64,000 nt of DNA, taken from positions 620,001-684,000 of the forward strand of contig JASANG010000273.1 of assembly GCA_030248215.1 (NCBI GenBank), in the 5' to 3' direction. The position numbers and the translations under genes are program-made. This DNA is from Enoplolaimus lenunculus. Its lineage: Eukaryota. This document shows, in pieces, positions 26,948-39,868 of the stretch (within the stretch, counting starts at the first letter, position 1; each line of letters begins with the position of its first letter). A model generated the notes under the pieces. It searched no databases and was not told where the DNA came from. It worked only from the letters and a program-made list of their open reading frames with translations.

Positions 26948-29900
26948 TCATTTTTTCAACGAGCAAAATTGATGAAAAATCTCCAAAATATGAGGATCAA
27001 CATCATTTGTAAACAAAAGTGATTCCAGTGTGTTCGCGTACTTCCATACATCATCAATATTCTAGAAACAAAATAAAAAATATATCAAAACATGAACAAC
27101 CTACAGTAAGCAATCTACTGTCACAACCAACAATGTAAGTGTAACTAAATAGTCGTAAACCTGCCAATAACATTTTAGTCTTTCCCAGTGAAGATGGCAT
27201 CAAAATGCTTTGGTATTTATTTTCAAATTCAGATCATCGAAAATTCAGCGTTTGGAATCCCTAAGAGAACTCATGCTACAAAAATTACAGACTTAAACTA
27301 TAACCATGCAAGCAAAACGAACGAGAAGCCAAACCCCATTTTAGTGCCAAACCTTAATACAAGATCTTGGTTATGATTTCTGTGGAGAGGGTGCCCCCTT
27401 GGCTCCTTCAGCAGTGATCACAAACTTACTGCAGCTGTATAAACTGGCCCATATAATTTACGTACGCCCCTTACCAATAGAAAAATTTGCTTCATTCGCC
27501 CAGCCACCCAGCGATACCAGCTGGTGTTGTAATTTTTGCCTTCTGCTTCACTTTCAACCAAATGTTGTGTCAAAATAATCGTTAATTTCTGCAACAATAA
27601 CACAGGTAGAATATTGAACGGCAAGACCTGGTGTTTTATGAATTGACGAAATGCCAGGCTATCAAACACGCGCCGCCCAAAAATAACATTTAGTTTTGAA
27701 ATTGGGTTCGAAATTTCGTTCCTATCGCTCGCAATTTCTCACTATTATGTAGCGCTACACTCTGTTAGAAATTTCTGGTTTTACCATTGCCAAATACAAA
27801 TTTCACAAACCCGACAGATACTAACCTGAAAAATCAACAAAAACAAATTCCGTTGTTCATTGCACGATTGTTCGAGTTCTTCTTCCAACTGTTCAACAAT
27901 TTCTTCAGTCACTTCTTCATCGCCCAAATGTGTTCGTTTTGAATCTTCATCATCTGAATTGTCGCCTTTCAACATTTTGTGCTAAAATAGAAAACAAACT
28001 ACGCGATTACAATGGATTGAGCAATCAGGTTTTTAATCACTGTAGTTCGTGAAATGGATCAGGTTAATTACAGGGGCCTGTTCACAAGGAGACAAGAAGA
28101 ATGAGCAATTTGGAGACTTGAAGGCTTACGCTTAGGTTTAAACTTAGACTTAGTGAGCAAGAACTTAAGATGGGTAGCGAAATGAATTTTCAAATCTCAC
28201 ACATCGATATGCAGTTTGTATATGAATCATCATTTCAGTGAAATGGTTACAGATTATTCAACGCAGCATAACACTATTAAAACTTGAAACTAAAACGCCG
28301 TGTTAGAATTACACTAAGTTTGAACTGAAGCGGCTTACCTGTAGGGACGTATGAAGGATTTTGTTCATTTTGTATCAGAGATGGTGGTTTACACACAAGA
28401 ACATCGATAAAAGTTTCGACGTTACAATAAAAAATTTTGTCAAACAAGCTAAAAATTGTAAACGGCGGTAAGACGTTGGGGAGCAATGTCCCTTGTGGAT
28501 ACATCTACGCATACCTGTGACGCAAGTTTCTGCTGCGCATCCAACAACTCCGCACGAAGCTTTTGTATAAATTTGCTCATTTTGGTCAAAGTCGACTGCA
28601 AAATTTCCCACGTATATAATCTGAAATGAACCAAAACTGAATTACGAATGCCACATGAAAAATGTTTTGAGTACCATAAAACACACATGAAGTGTTTCTA
28701 GATAATCATTTAAAGACCAATGCCACTGGCGCTATACTTATCGTTATGCGCAGTCCGTCGTCGTACGCAGCCTTCGCATATGATACCTAACAGCGACGGA
28801 TGACTACAGACAGTGACGTACGGCGGCGGAAAACATCAAAATTTTAAAAGGACGTATAGCGTCACCTAATTCAGTATCAATTAGCCAAATACAAAAACAA
28901 AGCCAATCTTAGCTTACGCGGTGTCAGACATCTGGTTTCAAGCATAATCATTATTAGCCTATCCGACAAGAAACTTATCGATTCATTCGGTTGGAAGCAG
29001 TTTGACACCGAGAATAAGTCAACTTATAAACAAGAATAGTTTAGCTGCGGTAGGAATTTGCATCTTACAACATGAGACAAAACCTTCTACAGTATAAACC
29101 TGATGGATAGATATTGAAAGATGGTAAAAAACTGTGCAGACTTTGCCAACGGCACCTGAAACCTTAGACTCATAAAAACACTCACGCCGTAAAATCTTGT
29201 TGCATTTGATCAGAAAATAGCCATTCAACCACTGCTGTACATTCGACAATTTGCATTTTCAACAATTTATCAACTAACACGATAATCATCTGAAAAACCA
29301 AGATGTTACGACATAAATGTTTACATTTCCTATGATTTTGTCAGCAGGATTCTGTTAGTTTCAAACTTTTGCCCACCCATTATTTTAAAACTCAACAGTT
29401 GACTTGTGAACGCCGAAACGGTGCTATTTATAATATTAACCATTACAACGATTTTTCCATTTTCTATATTTGTTCAGGAAATAACTTTTCCTAGAAAAAC
29501 CAACAATGATTATCACACAGGATTGCGTACATAAGTTTCAGCTCACTGGGTTCCTTCAAATGCTAAAAAATGCAAAAATTACTTTGTTCACCAACCTGAG
29601 GATAATTAGACCAATGGTCATATACTGTTTGTAATACACATTGTTGCGCTTCTTCATTGCCTTCAGTGAGTGCTTTTAACGCATAATGATACCTGAAATT
29701 TAAATACTAAAACAGCATTGCACCATTAAATCCTCAAAAGTTTTTAAAAACACTTCATTATTGGCTAAAACAGAATAATATACGCAAGTGCATAAATAAT
29801 CTTTTAAACACTACCATTGGCAAATTTTCGACAACCTAGTCCAAAGTATTTTCAAAAAAGTAATGAACGTATCGCTAATGAGATATGAAACTAACAAATT

Positions 29901-32900
29901 TCAAATAACAAATACTATTACTGCAGCACAAAATTAAATATGCTTACTTAGCTAGAGCTGCCAAAGAGTGACTGAACGACGTATTGCCAAGATGCAGTAG
30001 TGTTGTCAAAAGTACTTCAATCTTTAACGGATTGTAGCCGGTTTCGTCTAAAACATAAAAATAACAGCTACAATTGGAATAAATGTTGTCAACATAGCAT
30101 AAATTATGATGGTTGGTTTGTGGTCAAAGACCTAATATCTGAGATTATAGTTTTTCTTAACGTGCTTTATTGCGTTTGCGCAATGACAGTTTTCAGTGGC
30201 ATTATTAGGCATAACTTTGTCTCAGAGGACACTCTGGAACTAAAAAAGATTCACCAAATGGATACGGTAAGTATCTTTACACGAGGCAAAAACAGGCGCA
30301 CCTATACAGACACACCAACAGTTCCTGTTATGAACCATGTTCAACAAATATTACGTCTCAACATTGCTATATTGCAAGACACACACAACATTTTTCTACT
30401 CGAAAACAATCACATCAAACCAAATTTAAGCATTTCAACTCTGTCTAGAGAATATCATTCCAACCAAAATACAGCGAGTTTGCGTTTTTCTAATTCTAAT
30501 TCTACGAGTACTAACTTTATTTCTGAACACTTCCCTCACTTAACAATCCTGAGTCAATAATTTCCAATGCTAATAAAAAATGGACACTAGTTACAGAATC
30601 TTACCGACATCAACCCCGATAGGTGCAGGGCAATCTTTAATGCTGAACAATGCTTCTTCTGCTGAACATTTGTTTCGAATGGCTTGTGTGAGCTGACGGG
30701 CAATAGACGTTCCAGGAAGAGATTCTGAACGAGAAAAACATAAATAAAAACCTATAAAACAGTGAACTACAATCAATAGCGTTAATGTAGCACGTAAAAA
30801 TTTAGTTTTGTTGGTTTGAAATATTTTGAATTATTAAAATTCAGAACACGATCATGGCAATGTTTGCTATGAAATTAGGTGCAATGTTTAACGACTAACA
30901 TTTAAGAATCAAATCAGCTACCATGCGTCATAGCAAAGCAAGCCATTTGAAGGTATTTTCACAAATTATATTGCAAGCTTATAGCCAGTAACGGTGAAAC
31001 ATAACACAAACGGTATAAGATAGCATTAAAATAATTGTACTGAAAAAAGAAACAGCAGATGTTTTCCAAAACTTACCAGCGCCTTCTTGGGTATATTTGT
31101 AATTTTCGGCAGGTTTCAGCGGCACCATTTTGATGAAGTTTTCTGGTACAATTTCACACACTCGCTGATGAAAAGATAACCTAAGACATTAATAAACGAA
31201 AAATAATGCACGCACAAAACAGTTGATTTAAAAACACAGAACAGAAAATAAAATTCTCATATAAAACAGACAAAATGCTATCTAAATTCCGAACACCTAA
31301 AGACAAATAGTTAATATCAAACAAAAATAGTAACAGATTACTACGATCTGAAGAATTCTGCCCAAATTCTGATCTAGAGAATATTTGATTAAGGAAGTCA
31401 ATTTATTCTCAGCTGCGTGAAGCACCTATCGTCAGAATCAAATTAAATGCAAGATATGCCAAATTTTAAAACTCGCCATACGCTGGCTCACATATTAGCA
31501 TGCCTAGTGCCAATAATTGTGATAAGGGTTACACACATTTGAGAATGTGGATAAAAGTTTCAGTTGAAGTTTCAAATGTTCCTTTAAACTTACCTAAGAC
31601 ATTTACTCAATACTTCTTTAACAAACAAATGCCTTGGCGACACTGGATCGGCGTCCAAACAGTCTGTCCATTCATCCCACGACCAATGAAATTGAAACTG
31701 TGACAAGTGATAAGAAAACCAGTCGACAAATCTGAAATTTAAAAACAAAAATATTAAACGGTCCTAAGCATCGTTTCACGCTAAACATAATTGCAAACAT
31801 TTCGTATAGATTTTCACAACATTCTGCAATGAATAATTGCCACCAGTATCGCAAACAACGTGAAATGTGATAAAATCCGGTAAAATCTCGTCTTTCTGCT
31901 CCCATACGTGTTCGGTTCCCGTTTCCGTTATCTTTTCTGCTATACAATTAAAATCCATGCATTATGTTCCGGACAGAACCACGAGGAAAAGAAAAGTATG
32001 CCACCCCCACCACGGAAATACTACTACTGTGCAGAAAGCTAATTATATCTGAATCTACAAACGCGATACAAAATTCCCAATACTACACCTGTCGACTTCC
32101 AATACTCAATACTGCGCACATTCCTCGTACCGCTGTAACCTTTGACAGAAAATTCACAGTCCACATCGGGAATACGCTTTTTGACCATCTAGTCACTACT
32201 GCTTCTCAGGAAAACGTTATACTTTTCACAAATTTTAATATGATCCGGCGCAGTTTGTCGCCGTCCGTTATCTTCCGCAACGGCGAGGTTTCGTACGAAG
32301 GCGATGCAAGACGCTGCGCGACAAGTGCAGCGCCTCCATGTCTCACAATGCCGCCTCCCTTCAAAAGTCATGCAAATTTACCGATCAAAACACACCACAT
32401 TCATTGTATCGATACGTTGATAGAGCATTTCTGCAGCTTGCGCTAAACATTGTGGCATTGTATTCGGTTCGAGCTTACACAGCTCAATTAGTATGCAACC
32501 ATAAAACAACTCAAGATGCTGTGGGCGAGGTAAGTTAAATAGTTGTCCGAATACAACTTCTAATATCACGTAGTTGAGTGGAATTTTCGACCGTCGCGGG
32601 TAGGAGATCAGTACAGATGCGCTGAAATTTATCTTTTACAAATAATTCAAAAATATACGTACATGAATTAAGCAAAATTTTTTCAAATTAAACCTAATAT
32701 TTTAAAGAGCAAAAGTTTGTTTTGGAAGGGTTTACTACAGTCAGCACCCAACGTTTTATCATACTGAAAACCTCATGCTAGTATCCGGAGCGTCTAACTT
32801 TCAGAACGAAACGTACTTACCACTCTTTCCGTTCCAGAAAATAGTTTTTGATTATCCATCCAAGTTCAAGTTCAACAATAAAACGTTCAATTGAATGCGC

Positions 32901-35900
32901 ATTCGGTAGCACAGGACCCTGAAATAACAGCATTCCATGGCGGTTTCGTAAAATGTTATTGTTGAAAACAACATGTTAATTATATGGTGTTACCTACTAA
33001 ACATAATCCCAATTCTACGCCTAGCACTTTCTAAGTCCCCTAGTCCTCCGGTCTCCCAGTCGACAGACCTCAACTTTAAACCTTACAGCACAACTTTTAG
33101 AGTCACATTTGGCTCAAACTCCGGATGTTTCTTTTCAAATTTTGAAACTTTCATTCTACTGCTTTCATTTATTCAATTCAAACCACAAACCTCTTCTGGG
33201 CAGTCCGTGTAATCGAACATGCGAAACACGACACGTGGCATTGGATAACGAACACGGTCATTGTGAACAGGAACAACAAAGTTTTGAATATTGTGCTGAA
33301 GTGCATCGGACAAAACTGTGTCAAACGCCAGATACGGTCGAATGATAACTTCTTCACACCATTTGTCTTGACGAAGCTTTGATATTTGTGCCCACAAACA
33401 GTCCAAGTACTGAAATTAAAACAATCAGTTCGTATATACCAATATACAACTCTTTCAACTGCACCGTTCACAATAACTTTGTCGACACAAATATAATAAA
33501 AAACTTTGTTAACAACAGTCCCGAAGTCAATCAAATCAATGTGAAGTTTTAGGAACAGTCCGTGCAACTTATACTTTTAATCATCGACTTAAATTTCAGC
33601 CAACGCGGAAACTGTTACAAACGTACCTCTTCCTGCGGATGTGGACGGCTGCTAGACCAAACTCTGAGTATTGGTACATGCAACTTTTGGCGCTTGCTGC
33701 AAATAATAAGAAAAAGGTAATGTGGAATGCATATGTAAACTTATGTATACCTTCCAATTTATGTTTTTGCTTACTGCATCCTCGCTATATACTAATCTAG
33801 TGCATAAGAACAAAATTTTTTGTCCAGCCAAGCCTTATATCTGGGAATTCGCTCGGTCCCGGAGTGGTGGAGCTTCAATCGAAGGTGTCTCCTTTTGCCA
33901 ACCGGAGCGAAGTAACCATTCATAATCGCTCGTATATAACATGTAAACACATTTTACACGATTATTACAATATAACTGAAAAAGTGAGTTCGACGTCTAA
34001 AAATGGGTAAGCATTTAAGGCTAAAAATACTCAACAGGGGAAATCTCGAGTGGAGAGCTTGAACTGTTTGGCAAAAGTAGTTTGAGGAGGGCTTTGGGGA
34101 GTGTTGACCCCCCCCCCCCGGTAGCAAACCCACAGAGATGTAAGAGACATTTCCTCCCCAAGAGAAAACCCTAGTTAGTTAATGTTACGTCCTCATAGAA
34201 AATCAACGCACCTGGTTCGTCGACTTTACCTTAAGTATACTTCGATTGCTGCCAGCAGCTCGTCAAGTTCACGTGGATTTTTTTGATACAACTCTCTGCC
34301 GACCTGTAACAACGGCAATGCTGTGGCTCACAGTCAAAGACAAATTCAATTAATTACTTTTAAGTTAAGTAGAATTATATAAAGCCCTTCAGAAAAATTT
34401 TGTTGCGGAAGCGATGGGTTTAAGATACGACGTACCGATTACAGGTTCGTCATTAGTTCAGGAACGCCTACAGCTGCACCCAATTACCCCTCCCTAGGTT
34501 TACTAAAATGTCGCAAAACATTTTGCACCTTTTTAAACCGATAACGAAGTAAAACTCCAAAACGACCCATTGCAATCCGTGTATTCTCCACTCATCCAAA
34601 CATGAAATAAAATCTTAATACTTCGAATAACACCCAATAATTCATAACACACACATACTGAACCGAAACAGCAGGTTGTCCTTCACCTCACCCGTTCCAA
34701 TCACACTAAGGTCAGTAACCAACTTACCCACGGCAAGGAAGACATTACAGCGTACATGAACCAATCAGATCGTGCCTGCATTGCATAATATAGTACATGA
34801 GGTAAAAATTAAAGAGAGTATATTTTATTTGATCAAAAGTTTTTATAAAATGTAGACCACTGCCGATTAAAAAATTCATGTTTATCAAAGCAGGCAGCAT
34901 TATTGTGTCAATCTAAGTCGGCCATAACTAACTTTTGTTATAATAACTGCACTATTTGCTGACACCAATGATCTACTTGGCTTGTAGAAGAAGCAAAATG
35001 TCGCGATTTGAATTTTTCAAACTTGCGGTCAGTGAAATATTTCGTTTACGTATAAAAATATAATATAACAAACTGAGGAAAGCAATATGCATAATACTGT
35101 GTAGTAAAAAAGAACACAATACAGCTTTAACAATACCTGCATGACTTGTTTTTCCATAGACACAGCGGCTAAAGTTCCCAGAAATTCTAGACAAGAGTGG
35201 CACGAAACCACTCGGCAGTTGACTAAATCCGACAGGAAAACGATCTGAAAATATATTACAACTTGTACAAAAACATGGGCCAGTGTTACTTTCAAGGCCG
35301 TCCCGGTTTCAGTGAACTAAAAAGGAGTAGGCTTACATTTTAAGACTGTATTTTTTGCTTAGGCTTAGGCTTGTCTGCACTTTTCCAACACTTCTGCTTC
35401 AGTTTAGGAATACGCTTTATCTGACTTACCCATTTTAGAGCAATTTTCAAGACAACTTGAAATATAATTAGCTAACAAAAATTACCAACCAATTCCAAAA
35501 TTATCAACAAAATATTCCACCACAAACTTACAATAATTACTGATGTTTCAAAAGATGATGACTTCATTCGTTCACGCAACGTTCTCAATAGCAACTCAAC
35601 AAACTGAAATTTTAACACAGCAAGCAGTACAAAAAAGAAAAAGAAAACATGGTTTCAAAGTCTTTCAAACGGTATAATAATTAAATTACATACACTATTT
35701 TGACAGAAGCACCTCTGATAGTACTGTAAAAATCACCTTAAAATTTACTGATACCATGGACAAAGCAATGATTTTGAAAAGGAGTTATACAAACAAATTG
35801 TGCGCTTACTTCAGCTCCAAAATTGTAATTCTTGGCATTCAACAGCCCAACAAGTGTACTATAGATTGTCAGCTTTTCAGGCATTGCTTCGACACTAAAG

Positions 35901-38432
35901 TAGAACTAAATATACGCAGACGAAATTGAGCTCGGACGATGATGCAAATTGAAAATTAACGTATAAAGGAACGAAAGACTTCGAGAAAACGTTTCGGCTA
36001 AATTTATCACGTATCCTTGTTTCAATAGTCAGACAGTCCTTCAGAAAACGGTACGCATACACACAAAACAATTTAATAAGTCGTTTTGTCGGTTGTTCTA
36101 GATACCAGGGTTCCATCGGAATTCCGATTCCGGCTAAAATTCCGGCAAAATTTGAGTTCCGATTCCGGCTGACTGCTGTTCCGATGCCGGAATTCTGATT
36201 TTTCAGTTATGAGTTTTTAAGATAATTGAACTTAGATTTTGCTTGTTTTGTTTTGTTTCGTTTGCTTGCAATTATTCTGTTGGTTTTTTCTAAGTAAATA
36301 TTCGTAGTTGTTACGTGTATGCCGTCAGCTATATAAACAATTTTTTGCTGAATCTGTGAACAGTAAAAGTCATACACCTTTAACTTTCAACAGAATTACT
36401 AAAACTTGATTCCGATTCCGCTTCCGACAAAATCTAGTTCCGGTTGGAACCCTGCTAGATACGATTTGCACATATTTCAACGCTTCTGACTGGCTTCTCC
36501 ACAGCTTGAAAATTTCCGCCGGGGGGGGGCGTTTTCTGGGGCCCCACCCGGGGAGTTTCCTGGGGGGGCCCAGATGATCTGAGGGGTCCTGGGGGCAGGC
36601 TTAAAATGTTGCAAGCCGACTTTTTGGACCATTTTTTTATTCTAGATCGTGTTTCCAACTCAACTGAAGATTACTCATCGCTCAACATGACAAAAATTCC
36701 CCGCAAACGCTAATAACAATAATTTTAACAAATATTACTGACAACTTTACCAGAAGTTGAAAGAAGCACAATTATATAAAATATAGATAATCTATAATTG
36801 AAACTGTGATTAACATATATTTTATATATTAGTAGTCACCGCTTCAGTTTATCATAAGGCTTAGGCGGGTTGAACTTGTTGCTGCAAGGTACTTTCGAAT
36901 GCTGTATGCCCTGAAACGGTCTTTATATAATTGTGCTTTTTTCAGTTCATTATTGAATTGTACTAGTTACTACCGGTATTTGTAACGCTATTAAAAAATT
37001 ATGAGTACTCAGCATAATATAAAATCACATTTTGCCGAATGTCCGCCTCAAAAAAAGTCCAGGTCTTTATGTTTTAACATTGAAAATTTTTGGCTTAGAA
37101 AAGTCCTGGGGGCCCCAGCAAAAAAATTTGCTGGGGGGTATTTTGCTGGGGGGCGGCCGAAAATTCGACGGGAAGCCTGTCCTGGGGGCGGCAAAATTTT
37201 CGCCGGGGAAAAATGAAAATTTCGAAAAGTGCTGGGCCCCCCCGCTGTGGAGAAGCCAGTCTGACGTGCACTTCTACAAGCTATTCTATCTTACACCACC
37301 TCTTTTTTCCAAGCCCAACTCCTTCATATCTCTTTTCCTCAACATTATCAAACCTGGGGTATAACCAGGGGTAGCGGGTTTCAGGGGCCAACCCCCTTTT
37401 ACGTTTTGCGCAAGTGTTATTAGATGCGATTTCAGTTTGAAAACAAGAAATCCCCCTTTCAAAGTTGTTATACAACGTAACCCCCTTCCTTTCAAAAATC
37501 TTGTCTCCTTCCGTGGCATATATCACCTCAAACTTTGACGCGCCGCAGTCATACTCACAGCAGCGTCACACACTAACAAAGTAATAACCTTTTTTGAGAC
37601 ACGATAAACGTACCGTCGCAAACTAAAAAAGTAATAATTATTTTTAGAGAAACGATAATAACACACCAATCTGCCAAAATCTTCAAAATACGAAGTTTAT
37701 AATTCGCCAAGTCCGCTTCCAACACATTAGCAAGACCTTGTAAGTTGCTTTCCAGTGTATTTGCACTCTGCAACGATAAATATTCATTACATTGTAATCC
37801 ATCATTTGCTGGGATTTAGCAAAGATTTCGACTACATACAGATAGTGGTGCGCATGTAATATTTAGTATGCAAAGTATTTACGTCAAAATTATGAAATAG
37901 TTGCAATAACAGATACGCCAAAAACCTGATGGCCATATAAAACAATAATGAGGCAAAATATGAGCGCAGCAAAATCGTGAAAATTACGGTTCCTGCGCGA
38001 ATTTGTTCAAGATTTTAAGCCGGAAAAGGTAATTCCGGCGGATATCCGTCAGTCATATTCACGGCGTATGGAAATTTTGCGCTGCATATACATATAATGG
38101 CTGCAAAGCCTATTCCAACTAAAAACGAACCTTCTCGCCGACTTTCAGAATCAAATTTTCCAATCGTTCTTCAATGTTAATAAATTCTGACTTTCGCCGC
38201 TTTACATCTTTGTAAAGCCCTTAAACGAAACATACACGTAATATGCAATTCAATAACGTAATATGTAATTCAATAGAAACAATGCCAACCACTCCACAAG
38301 TCCAGAACTTTTTGCAAAGAAATTACCAAAAACCTGATTTTGTAGTATTCATAACATTAAACGAGTCAAAAACGTCCACAACTTACCATCACCATCATCG
38401 CCGTAATTGTTGGGTTGAATACGAGCCGGCAT
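26948..38432 (-). CDS. NCBP1: Nuclear cap-binding protein subunit 1 (CBP80), ~800 aa, 22 coding exons
   Basis: Exons, all GT-AG and frame-continuous, 2403 nt: 38432-38387, 38219-38131, 37767-37667, 35894-35810, 35603-35532, 35244-35137, 34775-34728, 34303-34230, 33696-33627, 33409-33191, 32918-32821, 32621-32382, 31731-31594, 31180-31077, 30724-30605, 30047-29948, 29692-29596, 29289-29186, 28620-28515, 27981-27826, 27588-27475, 27061-26948. Diagnostic CBP80 peptides: [81 protein letters not shown]. The start codon is the least certain part. Confidence 0.97.
35278..35445 (-). mobile_element. Degenerate copy of telomere-repeat GGCC-TIR MITE in an NCBP1 intron
   Basis: Begins GGCCAGTGTTACTTTCAAGGCCGTCC and contains GCTTAGGCTTAGGCTT. 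Confidence 0.65.
36106..36454. mobile_element. hAT-like MITE (CAGGGTTCCA family)
   Basis: TIR CAGGGTTCCA / TGGAACCCTG with an exact 8-bp TSD CTAGATAC. Subterminal TTCCG repeats. Confidence 0.88.
36489..37260. mobile_element. Non-autonomous DNA transposon with G/C-run-rich subterminal regions
   Basis: Perfect 17-bp TIR ACTGGCTTCTCCACAGC / GCTGTGGAGAAGCCAGT. The TSD reads as CTG (3 bp, Harbinger-type) or as TCTGA (5 bp) if the TIR is one base shorter. Confidence 0.85.
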
Positions 38433-39103
38433 AACTTTATATTCAGGCGATTTATAGCCATAGTGCTCGTCTAGAAACACAAAAACGCAATACTTCGCGT
38501 CGAGAGGAGATCAGCAGTCTTGGTCAATAGTGTGCACTTGCCAGAATTTGCGTGGCGCAAAATATACCGCCACGCTATGCGTTTTTAGCCCATGTAAAAA
38601 TCAGGGACGGTACATTATTCCGTGGCACTAAAATACAATAAGCTTAAAATTTTTTGCTTAAGCTTAGGTCTAAGCTCATTCTTACGCTTAGGCTTTGGAA
38701 TATTTTAAAATACTGTTCCGCCTCTGTTCTATACATTGACCGTGTTATACTGCACCCCCTTACTTTGGGGGGGGTCCATATTGCATGTAATACATTCCCA
38801 TTAGCATTGTTTTTCTCTGTTTGTGCATATCCCTAATAAATGAGGAGTGTAGACCCAAAATACGACACGCACTAGATATTCTCTTCGACACACAATGTAT
38901 CCAGTTTCATACTCTTGTCACAGAGTAATTATCCACTTTTGGTAGTGTATAAATGCAATCCTAAAAGTACATTGCGAAAAACTTTTCCGACCGTTCACAG
39001 CAGCAATTTTAAAAAGTTAGTTAAGAACGAGTATTTCAGTTTCAAACTGCACAAATTTGACTTGCAGAGCCAATATCAGATACCAATAAATATTACTGTA
39101 GGG

Positions 39104-39868
39104 CAGGGTTCCAACGGAATTCCGATTCCGGTTAAAATTCCGAAAAAAATTGGGTTCCGATTCAGATTGGCTTCTATTCCGATGCCGGAATTCCAATTTT
39201 TCGGTTATGAGTTTTTAAGCTGATTGAACTTAAATTTTGCCTATTTTTTCGTTCGTATGCAAATCTGTTCGTTTTTAGTAAGTATTCTCAGTAGCAGAGT
39301 AAATTATTTCGCTGATTGTCAAAATGCGACTGCAATTGAAAACCTTAAGCTCTACCTTTAAACTAATAACAAAATCTAAACTTAAAAATTCACTTCATAG
39401 CGGCAAGCAGTGATGTTGGCCCCACAAGTTCTCAATATAGCTCGATATTTGGTTCCTTACTGCAGTGAAAACGACGCTCCATTAGTGGTTAATTGTAAAA
39501 AATCTGGTTCCTGTTATTTATGATTTCATAAGACTTCATATTTAAAGTTTTGAAATGCTCAAAATGCTTAACTGCATTAGGCCAAGTTGTTCCTGTGCTT
39601 TAAGAATTGACAGGCTGCTCTTAGAATTGGCAGGCCTTCATTAATATCATAATTTTACAGGTTAGTAGATCGCTAATACAGTCAGCTATACAAGCAATTT
39701 TTACTGAAACTGTGAACAACACAGACAAACATACTGCAACAAAAAGTCAAAAGTCATACACTTTAGTTTTTTTATATAATTACTAAGACTTAAATTCCGC
39801 TTCCGATTCCACAAAAAATTTGACTCCAATTCCGCTTCCGACAAAATTTACTTCCGATTGGAACACTG
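39104..39868. mobile_element. Longer copy of the hAT-like CAGGGTTCCA family
   Basis: Same ends as the 36106 element. TSD CTGTAGGG / CTGTACGG (7/8). About 400 bp of extra internal sequence. Confidence 0.85.

Noticed and set aside
30000..30560. 186-aa plus-strand ORF, and likewise the 160-aa ORF at 31964-32446
   Set aside because: Both are antisense to NCBP1 exons and introns, with no recognisable domain.
33845..33912. GC-rich hairpin in an NCBP1 intron as a possible snoRNA
   Set aside because: No convincing C/D or H/ACA boxes on the host strand. The GAGCGAAG motif recurs in TE fragments in this window.
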